Part shown: piece by piece, positions 9,134 through 18,631 of the stretch
Numbering within the stretch: the stretch's first letter is position 1
Layout of the letters: each line of letters starts with the position of its first letter
NCBI GenBank assembly: GCA_964366435.1
Contig: CAYITJ010000003.1
Coordinates: 1-49,600 of the forward strand
Reading direction: 5' to 3'
Length of the DNA stretch: 49,600 bases
DNA from: an uncultured Candidatus Saccharibacteria bacterium
Lineage (GTDB): Bacteria; Patescibacteriota; Minisyncoccia; Phycocordibacterales; Phycocordibacteraceae
Made by a program: the position numbers and the translations under genes
Notes under the pieces: generated by a model
Seen by the model: the letters and a program-made list of their open reading frames with translations, nothing else
Database searches by the model: none
Told to the model about the DNA's origin: nothing

Positions 9134-10369
9134 CTATCCGTAGTACTCTCGTGCGAAATTCTGCTGGTAGTCACTGAATGTTCCTTGCTCGATTGCCTCC
9201 CGCGCGCCGTCCACCAGGCGAGTAAGGAATGCCACGTTGTGGAGTGAGGCAATAATGGGTCCGAGCATTTCCCCGCTTCTAAACTGATGCGCCACATAGG
9301 CGAGGGTGAACTGCTCACTTCCTGATGGGAGGGTGCCCGGGAGGCACAACTCGCCGAGCGTCGTGAGGTCATTCTTATACTTCTCATTGGTGATATTGAG
9401 CGTCCCTCGCTTGGTATAGAGCACTCCGTGGCGTCCGTGACGTGTAGGAGACACACAATCAAAGGTGTCCACACCGTGCGCAATACCAAGGAGCAAATCG
9501 CCAGGCTCTCCAACGCCAAGCCCGTGTCGCGGCATGTCTTCTGGCACGTCCACGAGGGCATCAAGTGCAAGTGGCAACATGCTCTCTCCGTACTTCTTGC
9601 TAAACGAGCCACCAAGTCCAAACCCATCAAAGCCCATCTCAACAATTGCTTTGGTACTTTCCTTCCGCAGATCAGCAAACTGTCCGCCCTGACCAATACC
9701 GTAGAGTCCCTGTTGCTGATTAGCAGCAATATTCTGACGGTGTGCTTTTAGACTACGGTCGGCCCAGCGATGCGTGCGGTACATTGCTTCCTTTTGATAC
9801 TCGTACGGGGCGTCTGGCGCAGTGCACTCATCAAAGGCGAAGAAGATATCTGCGCCAAGTGCGTGCTGAATCTCCACCGAACGCTCTGGCGTAAAGCGAT
9901 GGAGTGAACCATCAATGTGCGACGTAAACGTCACACCTTCCTCGTCTATGATGGCCAGTTGTCCATGCTGCGTCTGCACGTCCTCGTCGTACAGAGTGAC
10001 GCCTTCTTCTTCACGGTTCTTGTCGTCCTCTCGCACTGTTTGAAAACTCTTTCCAAACCCAGCACCAAGTGAGAACACTTGGAATCCTCCTGAATCGGTT
10101 ATCGTTGGGCCAGTAAATCCCATAAACTTCCCCAACCCTCCTGAATCCTCTACGAGCTTCTCGCCTGGCTGCAAATACAGGTGATAGGTATTAGCGAGCA
10201 CCACCTGGGAGCCAAGAGTCTCAAGCTGCGCAGGGAGAATGCCTTTCACTCCAGCCTTAGTACCGACCGGCACAAAGGCCGGGGTCTGTATGTCGCCATG
10301 AGGAGTAGATAGGACGCCTGCACGCGCTTTGCCCTCGCGGGCAGTAATGGTGAACCTGACAGGTCTCAT
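9134..10369 (-). CDS. tgt: Queuine tRNA-ribosyltransferase (tRNA-guanine transglycosylase)
   Basis: The N-terminus (REGKARAGVLSTPHGDIQTPAFVPVGT...VLANTYHLYLQPG) and the Zn-site region (CxCxxC-like FDCVSPTRHGRHG) are typical of bacterial Tgt. Confidence 0.95.
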   Translation of the reverse strand: MRPVRFTITAREGKARAGVLSTPHGDIQTPAFVPVGTKAGVKGILPAQLETLGSQVVLANTYHLYLQPGEKLVEDSGGLGKFMGFTGPTITDSGGFQVFSLGAGFGKSFQTVREDDKNREEEGVTLYDEDVQTQHGQLAIIDEEGVTFTSHIDGSLHRFTPERSVEIQHALGADIFFAFDECTAPDAPYEYQKEAMYRTHRWADRSLKAHRQNIAANQQQGLYGIGQGGQFADLRKESTKAIVEMGFDGFGLGGSFSKKYGESMLPLALDALVDVPEDMPRHGLGVGEPGDLLLGIAHGVDTFDCVSPTRHGRHGVLYTKRGTLNITNEKYKNDLTTLGELCLPGTLPSGSEQFTLAYVAHQFRSGEMLGPIIASLHNVAFLTRLVDGAREAIEQGTFSDYQQNFAREYYG

Positions 10370-10427
10370 ATACCGAGACTAGGCGGGAAAGCCCCATTTA
10401 GCAAGTGTTTTCGGGCTTCTAGTCAAC

Positions 10428-10456
10428 TTGACAAGCTTGTTTTATACATATATACT
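10428..10456 (+). promoter_or_regulatory. Near-consensus sigma70 promoter for the lipoprotein gene
   Basis: TTGACA (10428-10433), a 17-nt spacer, then TATACT (10451-10456). GGGAGA SD at 10519-10524, 6 nt before the ATG at 10531. Confidence 0.55.
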
Positions 10457-10530
10457 ATACAGGTAAGCTCTTTCCATCAGAATATCGTTGGAACGGGCAT
10501 CAACCAATCATCGCAATAGGGAGACCTTCG

Positions 10531-11310
10531 ATGAATACCATGATCTCGCACAGCGTGAAGGCTCTCGTCATCACGTCTCTGTTGGCTACCGCCGCCTGCG
10601 GCGGTATGCCGAAGCCCGGACTCGGGCCGATGAATACCATCAACCGCGAAGCCGCGAAGCCGCGGCCGCCGGCAGAAGATTCCCCCGAAGCCGCCACCTT
10701 CCAGTGGCAGCCCTCGGCGGTAATCGGACTCCGGATCCACAACGGGACGGATTCCAAGGGTCGGCTCCTGCAGGACACGCCTGCCACCTACGGCGAGGCG
10801 GCCCTGCTGGCCGACATCAAACTCGCCTGCGCCAAGGATATCCAGAACGACATCCGCGGCGTCACGAAGGTGCAACTGGCCGAAACGGCCAAGAGCACCT
10901 TCGCTCAGGCGATGGGCTCCGGCCTCGGCGTCGCTGGCGGGTTTGAAAACCCGGGCGCGCTCGTCTACAAGCAGGTCATGGTCCTGACTGCTGGAACCGC
11001 CCTCGGCGGCTCCATCTACAGCACCGACTTGCTGATCCGGCTTCAGCTGGATTCGGCGTACGCTCAGTGTACGATTGAATCGGCCAAGAAGGAGTCTCGC
11101 ATCCTTCACCGAGTGGTCCTCTATCAGGTGCCACTGGTGACGTTCGACGAGGGTCCGACCCTGGCCCCCGGCGTGGAAGCCCCGCTTCCGGACGATCTGG
11201 AAGCTGGTCAAAGCACCGGCGGAGCACCGGGTCGGCCTCAAGCCTTCCTGCCGACCAACAACTGGTCGGACAATCCCTACTTCGTGCACGAGACCAAGCT
11301 GGCCGCCTAG
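10531..11310 (+). CDS. Putative lipoprotein (259 aa), GC-rich ORFan
   Basis: Signal peptide with a lipobox-like LATAAC. Third-position G+C is clearly higher than in the flanking tgt and FKBP genes. Long shadow ORFs on the opposite strand are consistent with a high-GC coding region. I recognised no family. Confidence 0.7.
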   Translation: MNTMISHSVKALVITSLLATAACGGMPKPGLGPMNTINREAAKPRPPAEDSPEAATFQWQPSAVIGLRIHNGTDSKGRLLQDTPATYGEAALLADIKLACAKDIQNDIRGVTKVQLAETAKSTFAQAMGSGLGVAGGFENPGALVYKQVMVLTAGTALGGSIYSTDLLIRLQLDSAYAQCTIESAKKESRILHRVVLYQVPLVTFDEGPTLAPGVEAPLPDDLEAGQSTGGAPGRPQAFLPTNNWSDNPYFVHETKLAA

Positions 11311-11334
11311 GCCTTCGTCTCACCAACACGAAAA

Positions 11335-11372
11335 GCGCGCGCTACCCCTCGGGGCAGCGCGCGTCTTCTTTT
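11335..11372 (+). terminator. GC-rich intrinsic terminator
   Basis: GCGCGCGCTACCC pairs with GGGCAGCGCGCGT (about 12 bp), followed by CTTCTTTTAT. Confidence 0.7.
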
Positions 11373-11397
11373 ATACTCTCTAAAATTCCTTACTACA

Positions 11398-11928
11398 CTA
11401 CTTCACTTCAAGCAACTCAACTTCGAAGATGAGCGTTGCGTTTGGCGGGATAACTCCACCAGCACCCTGGGAACCATATCCCATATCCGGTGGAATGATG
11501 AGCTGACGCGTACCGCCTACCTTCATACCTGCAACTCCCTGGTCCCATCCGGCTATTACCTGGCCTGCGCCAAGAGTAAAGGTGAACGGCTGTCCGCGCT
11601 TCTTAGAGCCATCAAAGACGGTGCCGTCTGGCAGCATACCTAGGTAGTGCACTGTAACTGACTTACCCGCTACTGCTTCTGCTCCGGTTCCCACCACCGT
11701 ATCCCTAACGGTAAGGGTTGTTGGGAGCTCCTGCGGAATTACGCCAGATGATTCTTCTGTATTCATAGATTCTGATTCTTGCATGCTAAGGGTAGTGGTT
11801 GCGAACTCGGGTTCTCCCAGTGCCGATGCTGGCGCAAAGAATCCTAGAATGGCGTTCCCAAAGAATAGGAACCCTCCTACGACTACAATGGCTACCGCAA
11901 CGGCGATTCCTGTTCCAGTGACATTCAT
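11398..11928 (-). CDS. FKBP-type peptidyl-prolyl cis-trans isomerase with an N-terminal membrane anchor
   Basis: The C-terminal FKBP_C domain reads VHYLGMLPDGTVFDGS...FTLGAGQVIAGWDQGVAGMKVGGTRQLIIPPDMGYG. An N-terminal TM helix is present. Confidence 0.92.
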   Translation of the reverse strand: MNVTGTGIAVAVAIVVVGGFLFFGNAILGFFAPASALGEPEFATTTLSMQESESMNTEESSGVIPQELPTTLTVRDTVVGTGAEAVAGKSVTVHYLGMLPDGTVFDGSKKRGQPFTFTLGAGQVIAGWDQGVAGMKVGGTRQLIIPPDMGYGSQGAGGVIPPNATLIFEVELLEVK

Positions 11929-11954
11929 ACCAATGGTGCTATGGGCAAATAGGA

Positions 11955-12263
11955 TTAATCGGTGTCCGACACCGTCAGTATATCATCAGCGATAGAAGCC
12001 ACCGCCTCCTCAATCGCCTTCTCAGCACCAGGTACTTTCTCCGCCAAGAATTTCTCTAGCTCCTCCTCTGAAGCCTCATTTTCCATAAGTGTTGCGAACT
12101 CCTCACGCGTCTTCTCGTCCATGCTTTCAATCATGCGCACAAGGGAGCTCTTGAAGATTGCTGAGTTTAAGTCGGTGAGCAGTTCGTCTTGCTCCTCCCC
12201 TGGCGCCAGCTCGTCGAGCTCTAGCGCTTCTATAAGTCGTTGGAACTTTGTGGTGTCAGTCAT
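11955..12263 (-). CDS. Small, highly acidic helical protein (102 aa)
   Basis: The sequence is D/E-rich throughout (EELEKFLAEKVPGAEKAIEEAVASIADD). Its start lies 9 nt after the stop of the 1066-aa gene. I could not assign a family with confidence. Confidence 0.7.
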   Translation of the reverse strand: MTDTTKFQRLIEALELDELAPGEEQDELLTDLNSAIFKSSLVRMIESMDEKTREEFATLMENEASEEELEKFLAEKVPGAEKAIEEAVASIADDILTVSDTD

Positions 12264-12272
12264 AGTTGAATC

Positions 12273-15200
12273 TTAACGCTTGGTTGGAAGAGTAAATTTA
12301 TTTGCGTCAGGAAGGTCTGGCATCTTTCCTCCTTCCATTGCGGCAATTTGCGGTTCAGAGCCAGGAATGGTGTACACCATTTTTACGACGAGTACAGGTA
12401 CTTGCAGCGCATTGAGTTCTCGAGCAACAAAGTAAACAGCGGTTGCAGGCATGGCGCCCTGCCCAGGCGGTGCTGTTTTCGCAAGTTCGCGAGACAGTGC
12501 GGAGGCGCGATCAAAGCTGTCTTCGGTAGAAGTGCCTACAGACCATGTGCGGCCCTCATTCACCAGAATCTGAGGCTTGTTCAGGTCAACTCCATTTGGA
12601 TTTAAGAGTGGACCAGCATCAGGGTCAGCGAATGGGTGTGCAGTGCCAACAAACTCATACTGAGGGGTCTGCGCAGGCACCGATTCAGGTACTGTCGCTT
12701 TCGGCACTTCTACAGGCGCCTGTTCCGGAGCAGGAGCTGCTGCCTCTGCAGGCACTGTTGTATCCAGGTTCTCTGGCTGCACCAGTGGCTTAATACCCTC
12801 GCCAGTATCAACTGAAGTATCGACGAGCTGCTCTGGACCTGTTACATCACCCACTCCTTCTGCAATTCCTCCACTTTGTGAGACGGTCACATCACCAACG
12901 GTAACGTCTTCATTCCCCTGCGAAATCACCACATCAGAAGCAGAGCTTGGTGCAACAGGTCCAGATTCTGAAACGGCTTTTGGTGCAGGAATAACTGGGT
13001 CTGCAATCATCTTTCCATCAATAGGGTACGCTTTGTATCCATCAGGGTACTCCTCAGAAACTGGTACGTTCTCAAAGGCGTGGACAGGATCTTCTCCTGC
13101 GCGCTGGAACCAAATGTTCTGGTCGTTATCCACGAAGAACTTGTCCCCTGGCTGCATTACAAGACTCTTTCCATCCATCGCAACTTCTAGTTCATGCGTG
13201 AGTGCGTTTGCGTTGCTGTTTAGTACATGCTCAAGCGCAGGGGAAGGATTCTGAATATCGTCAGGAATTTGTCCGCGAAGCGCTACGATCATTTCACCAA
13301 ATCCTTGACCTGGCTTAACTTCAACTCCAGCCATTAGCCCGTCAGGAGCGGTTGGTGCTGCATCTGCCTTTGCAACGGGTGCCGCTGGCGCCGCTTCCGC
13401 TTTAGCTGCAGGCGCAGCATCTCCCTTGGCTTCAACACCTGCTGCTGGTTCCTTTGCTGTAGGTGACGCGTCAGTCTTATCTGTACTCGTGGAAGCCCCC
13501 TCATCAACCTCAACTTTGAGTTTACCCACGGAGTCAGCGGCAGGGGCGTCCTTTCCGTCAAAGATATCCTTCACCTTCTCCACACCAGCATCGAAGAAAT
13601 CACCAGCCTTATCAGCTCCTGTGCTCACAAATGGGGAAGCGTCCTTCGCAAGCCCAGACACACCCTGTGCAATGTCGCCAGAGTGCGCGTGCACATAACC
13701 TACTCCCATACCCGCAGCAAAGCCTCCTGCGACACTACCTACCGTGGTTGCGTATCCTAGGTGAACATCAGCTTGCTGCACACGAGCGTATGCGTCGTCC
13801 ATCTCCTTTGCCAATTTTTCGAATGCCTCTAGACTGCGCAAATCCTCAACAATTGAACCACCAATGTTTCCCGCTGCGTCCTTTCGTGTGATCGCTTCTC
13901 GAGTTCCCTTTTGTACGACGTCTTTTGTGAACCATTTAGCGGCTATACCACTAAGCCCTGAGAGCGTAAGGCGAGATGCCAACTTCTGGTTTTTCTCTTG
14001 ACTCTGCTGTGCCCTTTGCACCCGAGCAAGCAAATTCTCACGCTCCTCTCCAGTTGCGTTCTCAGCCTCTTCCTTGAGACTCTGCGCTCCGTCCTTGAGC
14101 ATTTCTGCACGAATTCGAAGTCCTGCAGAGAGAACACCACCGGCCAAAATAACAGCCATCGGCGCCGCCATAACGGTTCCTGCAAACACCGCAAATCCAG
14201 CGCCCACAACTCCAGCGCCGACACCAAGAGTAGTCAGACCAAGGAGTGCTTTTGAGCCATACTTTTTAACAAACGGGTTCTCAGCAAACCCCTTTGCAGC
14301 GGCCTCAACAAGCGTACCCTCGCGCTCGCCCAAAGCCTTTGCACGAACAGCAGCTTCTTCCTCCGCGGCTTTAAATACTGACTCCTTAAGAACGTAGCGT
14401 CGATTGAATCGCTTCATGACGTCTTCAGCACTTCGCGACTGCCGCTTCTCTCCACCACGTCCTTGACGTCGGGCCTCCACAGACTCAAGCCGATTCTTTG
14501 CACGAGTGGCGCGTGCTAGTACCCATTCCTTCTTTAGGGCCTTCAAGTCATCCGACATACCCTTTTCACTTGCGGCCTTGAGTCCAAGCTTCTCAGATAG
14601 CGCGTCTGCACCCTTTCTGTTCTTCTGGTACTCTGCGAGCGCTGCAAAGTACGCTGATTTACGCTCAAGTTCTGCTGTGCCAAGTTCGGTGTCGCTCTTA
14701 ATATACTCGGCATTCACAGCCTCCTTACCTTGGGCCTTAGCCTCGCGCTGGGCATTCAAAGCAAGTCGCTCGCGCACCTGCTTCGCGGTTTCCTTTTTCT
14801 TTGCTGGAGGCTCACCAGAAGTTATACCCTCGGCTGTAAGTCGTTCTTGTTCTCCTGCAATTTGCTTCTTAAGTTCAGTCTCAACTTCTGCAGGAATAGT
14901 GTCTGGAGACAGAGGATCTACGGGCGCTCTGTTAAAAAGCTCCTTCAAATTCGTATTCCCTGTTGTAGGAATTGCGGGCGCATCCTTTGATTCCGGCGCA
15001 CGACTCTTAAGTTCAGAAATGATGCGGTCAGTGGCGCGCCCAATCGACTCACCTTCTTCAGCAATTGTTCCTGGCTTGCTCAATTCTGCTCTCGCAGCAA
15101 GTCGCTGACCTTCAAAAGAGTCTGCCGGGTATACAGGTGGCGTTTTCTCATCAAAGAGACCCGATAAAAGACCTTTTTTCGCCGGCTTCGCTGCAATTTC

Positions 15201-15473
15201 TCCCGCAACAGGTTTCTTCTTCCCTCTTTGGCGTGGCAAGTCGTCTTTCTTTCCTCCTTTCGTTCCTCTTCGGACGCCTTTTCCTTCACCCGCCGCACCA
15301 GGGCGAGAGACTGCAACAACGAGAGGCTCGCCGTCCTTAGGAATCGGAAACGCAGGAGCTGACTCTGGCGGGGCGCCTACTGCTGGCACGTCTTGTATGT
15401 GCTCCTTACCAGTGTCTCCAGTTAAATCAGTTACTGGGGGTCGTGGGGGATTCTCGCCGGGGGTTCGTGGCAT
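12273..15473 (-). CDS. Giant membrane-anchored protein (1066 aa): basic disordered N-terminus, coiled coils, glycine-zipper TM cluster, Ala/Pro repeats and a C-terminal globular domain
   Basis: Single long ORF. The TM cluster reads LLGLTTLGVGAGVVGAGFAVFAGTVMAAPMAVILAGGVLSAGL, with a second glycine zipper VGSVAGGFAAGMGVGYV and a low-complexity stretch AKGDAAPAAKAEAAPAAPVAKADAAPTAP. Its start lies 11 nt after the ATPase stop codon. Confidence 0.85.
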   Translation of the reverse strand: MPRTPGENPPRPPVTDLTGDTGKEHIQDVPAVGAPPESAPAFPIPKDGEPLVVAVSRPGAAGEGKGVRRGTKGGKKDDLPRQRGKKKPVAGEIAAKPAKKGLLSGLFDEKTPPVYPADSFEGQRLAARAELSKPGTIAEEGESIGRATDRIISELKSRAPESKDAPAIPTTGNTNLKELFNRAPVDPLSPDTIPAEVETELKKQIAGEQERLTAEGITSGEPPAKKKETAKQVRERLALNAQREAKAQGKEAVNAEYIKSDTELGTAELERKSAYFAALAEYQKNRKGADALSEKLGLKAASEKGMSDDLKALKKEWVLARATRAKNRLESVEARRQGRGGEKRQSRSAEDVMKRFNRRYVLKESVFKAAEEEAAVRAKALGEREGTLVEAAAKGFAENPFVKKYGSKALLGLTTLGVGAGVVGAGFAVFAGTVMAAPMAVILAGGVLSAGLRIRAEMLKDGAQSLKEEAENATGEERENLLARVQRAQQSQEKNQKLASRLTLSGLSGIAAKWFTKDVVQKGTREAITRKDAAGNIGGSIVEDLRSLEAFEKLAKEMDDAYARVQQADVHLGYATTVGSVAGGFAAGMGVGYVHAHSGDIAQGVSGLAKDASPFVSTGADKAGDFFDAGVEKVKDIFDGKDAPAADSVGKLKVEVDEGASTSTDKTDASPTAKEPAAGVEAKGDAAPAAKAEAAPAAPVAKADAAPTAPDGLMAGVEVKPGQGFGEMIVALRGQIPDDIQNPSPALEHVLNSNANALTHELEVAMDGKSLVMQPGDKFFVDNDQNIWFQRAGEDPVHAFENVPVSEEYPDGYKAYPIDGKMIADPVIPAPKAVSESGPVAPSSASDVVISQGNEDVTVGDVTVSQSGGIAEGVGDVTGPEQLVDTSVDTGEGIKPLVQPENLDTTVPAEAAAPAPEQAPVEVPKATVPESVPAQTPQYEFVGTAHPFADPDAGPLLNPNGVDLNKPQILVNEGRTWSVGTSTEDSFDRASALSRELAKTAPPGQGAMPATAVYFVARELNALQVPVLVVKMVYTIPGSEPQIAAMEGGKMPDLPDANKFTLPTKR

Positions 15474-15484
15474 ACGCTAAATAG

Positions 15485-18226
15485 TTATGATAAATATCGT
15501 GCCCTGATTATACCCTCAACGGTAGCACGGTCTCGCCCATAGGTAAGGAACGACAACTGCCTAAGGTCGTCCACCTGGTCAGGGTTGCCCGGCCGCAAAT
15601 CAATCGTCTTTATATTGAATGGCTTTTGCGGAACGCCATTTGCAAGGATTCTGGCATACGCATTGCGGTTCTCAATATTCACGAAATCAAGCGAGTTGAA
15701 CACTGGAGCGAACTGTTTCGCAAAGAATTCTCCGTCTTCCTCACCCACACGGAATACGGCCATGTTGCCTACGTTACCAAACACGGCGCCGCGAATCTTC
15801 TCGTCCACCTGCGCCAAGTACTGGTGTGCCAGGGTGAGCGAGAGCTTGTACTTACGAGCTTCGGACAAAATACCTGGAATAGAGGACGTAGTGATGTTCT
15901 GGAACTCATCAATATACAGATAGAACGGTGGGAAGTTGGTACCCACGGAATCTGCACGAGAAAGTGCCGCCATAAAGAGCTTGCCCACGATAATAAGTCC
16001 GAGTAGGTTTGCGTTGCGCTCTCCAAGACGTCCCTTAGAAAGGTTAACCAAGAGAATCTTCTTGTTATCAATCACCTCACGGAACTTAAACGAGGATTCC
16101 TGCTGACCAATGATAGGGCGCATGAAGTCACTGCCGGTGAACTCATCAAACTTGTTGGTGATGTAGGGCACAATGTTTTGCAAAGATGCCTCGCCCTCGG
16201 CCTTCGTCGCAATTTCCGTCCAGAACTGGTTCACCACTGGGTTAGTGCTCTTGGAGAGCTTTAGATTGCGGAAACTGGCATCAGAAAGCACGCGCCCAAT
16301 ATCCATCAGCGTTGAGCCCGAGCTTGGGTCCTCCATCACCAGCTGGGTACTGTTTCTAAAGTACTGTTCAAACGCAGGACCCATACTCTCTGGCACGTCA
16401 CCATAGAGCTGTCGGAAAATCTGGAGCATTTCGTTTACAATGAACGACTTTTGCTCGGGGCGCGCTGGATCGTACTCCAGCATGTTGAGTCCGAACGGTC
16501 GGTCTATGTAGGCTGGATCAAAGTAAATAACGTCCTCGTAGCGCTCGGGCGGAATGCTTGCGAGTACCTCCACTACGTCGTTGCCGTGCGGGTCAATAAA
16601 ACACACACCGTTCCCTGCGCGGATATCCTGGTCAATCAGGGTGCGCAACATTCCGGACTTTCCGGAACCAGTCTGTCCAATCACGTACAAGTGGCGCAGA
16701 CGGTCCTCTGGGGAAATCTTTACTTCCGTTGTCACTCCACGGTACGTATTGGTACCAATAATGGTGCCTTCGGCAGGTAGCCCGATAGGTGCGGGAGCAC
16801 TCGCAGCGCGAGACTGCTTCAAGTGTGGGGAGGACTCAATACCCTGTGGTGGGAAGTGATACATCGTCGTTAATTCGCGCAGAGAAAGCGGGATATTCGT
16901 CGCCTTTTCATACAGACGGAATGAGAAGTCACGGAAGAAACGCTTAAGACCACCCTTTCCTGGTCGCTTAAACTCTAGGCGATTGCCCTTTGTGTTCTCA
17001 AACTGGTGGAAGGGCGCCTCTATTTCAGTAAGCATTTGTTCCGCGCGATGAGCGTCCATGGACGACGTAACAATGCGAATGTTGGTGGCTACAATTGGTG
17101 CAGCTACCTTCTTCTCCACTTGCTCAACCGCAGCCTCGTCCACTGGTCGCTGTTCAGTATGTGCCTGCTTTGGAATAAAGAGACTCGCTGCTTCGCGTGC
17201 AAAGTCTCCTACGAATGTTTCGGGCAGGCTGAATGCGCGGCCACGATGCTCACCCTTGCGGAGCTGGTGCAGGACGCGACGGTAATGCTCCACGTAGTGA
17301 TGTCCCACTGGTTTAAATACGATTTGGAGAGATGCTCCCTCGTCCTCGGGCGCAATTTTTGCAAACGCGTTCAACAGCGCGTTGATTGGGTCATAGTCAA
17401 AATCCTGATAATCCTTTAAGGGCAGCATCGGCTGATCCTTAAACTCAGCAACTGAACCCACGGCCGTACCACCATCCACAAACACGTTGTAGTCGTTTGG
17501 CTGCACGAGCGCGATAGCATCAGGGAAAATAGCGTGAAGCTGCTTTTCAAAAAGGTCTTTGCGCGAGTTTGGCACTGCAGCATAGAACATCAAGTGTGCG
17601 CGGTCGACCGGCACCGCAAGCTCAAGCGTCATGTAGGAGAGCTCTCCTGCGTGCGCGCTCTCAAGTCCAAGCATGCCCGAATAGAACTGCTCCATGCCCG
17701 ACACAAGCTCACGCAGTGGCTTCATGCGATTGTTCCCTTCTTCCCCCTTCTTCTCGGGAAGAGAAATTTCATACAGCGTCATGTGAAGCGCCTTCCATTC
17801 TGGCTGATTCTCTCCAATACCTTGTATCGGCATGCCAGCAAGCAAGTACTGCACAAGGAAGCGGTGGAAATCGTCGTCCAGGTGCGGACTTCCTACCTTA
17901 TCGAGCACAGCCATGGCATTCTTCACTCCTTTCGTCTCCATAATGCCGCGCAGCTCCTCAATACTCGCGTCAGTGCTCGCGGGGTCTAGATTGAGCGAGA
18001 GCGTATGCGCTACTCGCTCCGCCTCTGCTGCAGGCATGGTATAGGTTGGATGAAATGCTTCATCAGGCACGGCAATGCGATGATGCACAATACGCTCACG
18101 AGCAATCTCCACCCTCGGTTTTTCCTGCTGAAGCGCAGCAAGCTCTTGCTCTTTAACGGCAATTTGCGCACGCAGATATGCGAGCTCCTCCTCGGGAGAG
18201 GTTATCGGCTGTATGGGCCCTTCCAT
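15485..18226 (-). CDS. T4CP/TraD/VirD4-like P-loop ATPase with a roughly 480-aa N-terminal domain of unknown function and no TM helix (913 aa)
   Basis: Walker A GQTGSGKSG, Walker B FYLYIDEFQN and SLTLAHQYLAQV are typical of the coupling-protein/FtsK-HerA clade. The track start at 18247 is a TTG. I prefer the ATG at 18226, which has TATACT 7 nt upstream. Confidence 0.85.
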   Translation of the reverse strand: MEGPIQPITSPEEELAYLRAQIAVKEQELAALQQEKPRVEIARERIVHHRIAVPDEAFHPTYTMPAAEAERVAHTLSLNLDPASTDASIEELRGIMETKGVKNAMAVLDKVGSPHLDDDFHRFLVQYLLAGMPIQGIGENQPEWKALHMTLYEISLPEKKGEEGNNRMKPLRELVSGMEQFYSGMLGLESAHAGELSYMTLELAVPVDRAHLMFYAAVPNSRKDLFEKQLHAIFPDAIALVQPNDYNVFVDGGTAVGSVAEFKDQPMLPLKDYQDFDYDPINALLNAFAKIAPEDEGASLQIVFKPVGHHYVEHYRRVLHQLRKGEHRGRAFSLPETFVGDFAREAASLFIPKQAHTEQRPVDEAAVEQVEKKVAAPIVATNIRIVTSSMDAHRAEQMLTEIEAPFHQFENTKGNRLEFKRPGKGGLKRFFRDFSFRLYEKATNIPLSLRELTTMYHFPPQGIESSPHLKQSRAASAPAPIGLPAEGTIIGTNTYRGVTTEVKISPEDRLRHLYVIGQTGSGKSGMLRTLIDQDIRAGNGVCFIDPHGNDVVEVLASIPPERYEDVIYFDPAYIDRPFGLNMLEYDPARPEQKSFIVNEMLQIFRQLYGDVPESMGPAFEQYFRNSTQLVMEDPSSGSTLMDIGRVLSDASFRNLKLSKSTNPVVNQFWTEIATKAEGEASLQNIVPYITNKFDEFTGSDFMRPIIGQQESSFKFREVIDNKKILLVNLSKGRLGERNANLLGLIIVGKLFMAALSRADSVGTNFPPFYLYIDEFQNITTSSIPGILSEARKYKLSLTLAHQYLAQVDEKIRGAVFGNVGNMAVFRVGEEDGEFFAKQFAPVFNSLDFVNIENRNAYARILANGVPQKPFNIKTIDLRPGNPDQVDDLRQLSFLTYGRDRATVEGIIRARYLS

Positions 18227-18233
18227 ACGCTCT

Positions 18234-18239
18234 AGTATA
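18234..18239 (-). promoter_or_regulatory. -10-like TATACT, 7 nt upstream of the ATPase ATG at 18226
   Basis: The reverse complement of AGTATA is TATACT. No SD is present. Confidence 0.4.
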
Positions 18240-18283
18240 CGGCACAAGCCGTGTCTATGATCGCTTTATTTGTACACAGGACA

Positions 18284-18622
18284 CTAGTCCGTGTTGCGAA
18301 TGATGAGGTGAAAGAATGCGTTCACGAGTGAGAGCACAATAGAGAAGAGAAGAGCTATCCAAAAACCACCAACTGAGAAGTCGGGAACAATTGCGTCCGC
18401 AAGCAAGACGAGGCCCGCATTGATAACGAGCGAGAACAGCCCGAGTGTCACAATAGTAATAGGAAGCGTGAGAATGGTGAGAATCGGTTTTACAAAGAGA
18501 TTCAAAACACCAAGCACCACCGCAAGAATAACCGCACCGAGAAGTGTGACTTCGGTGTTCGGGACAATATAGGCTGCTACAACGATAGCTATGACTGAAA
18601 CGATAAAATGGACGATATTCAT
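18284..18622 (-). CDS. 4-TM small membrane protein, DUF360/phage-holin-IV-like (112 aa)
   Basis: Four hydrophobic helices are present, and the pattern FVKPILTILTLPITIVTLGLFSLVINA resembles YvlD/DUF360 proteins. Confidence 0.75.
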   Translation of the reverse strand: MNIVHFIVSVIAIVVAAYIVPNTEVTLLGAVILAVVLGVLNLFVKPILTILTLPITIVTLGLFSLVINAGLVLLADAIVPDFSVGGFWIALLFSIVLSLVNAFFHLIIRNTD

Positions 18623-18631
18623 ATTGGGTGA

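Noticed and set aside
9085-9729. 214-aa ORF overlapping tgt
   Set aside because: It is an alternative frame of a highly conserved tgt coding region and is not credible.
10477-11329. Long ORFs antisense to, or out of frame with, the lipoprotein gene (270 aa, 152 aa, 95 aa and 117 aa in the track)
   Set aside because: They are typical shadow ORFs of a GC-rich coding region. They are Arg/Gly/Pro-rich low-complexity translations without an SD. Only the plus-strand 10531-11310 frame has a promoter, an SD, a signal peptide and a terminator.
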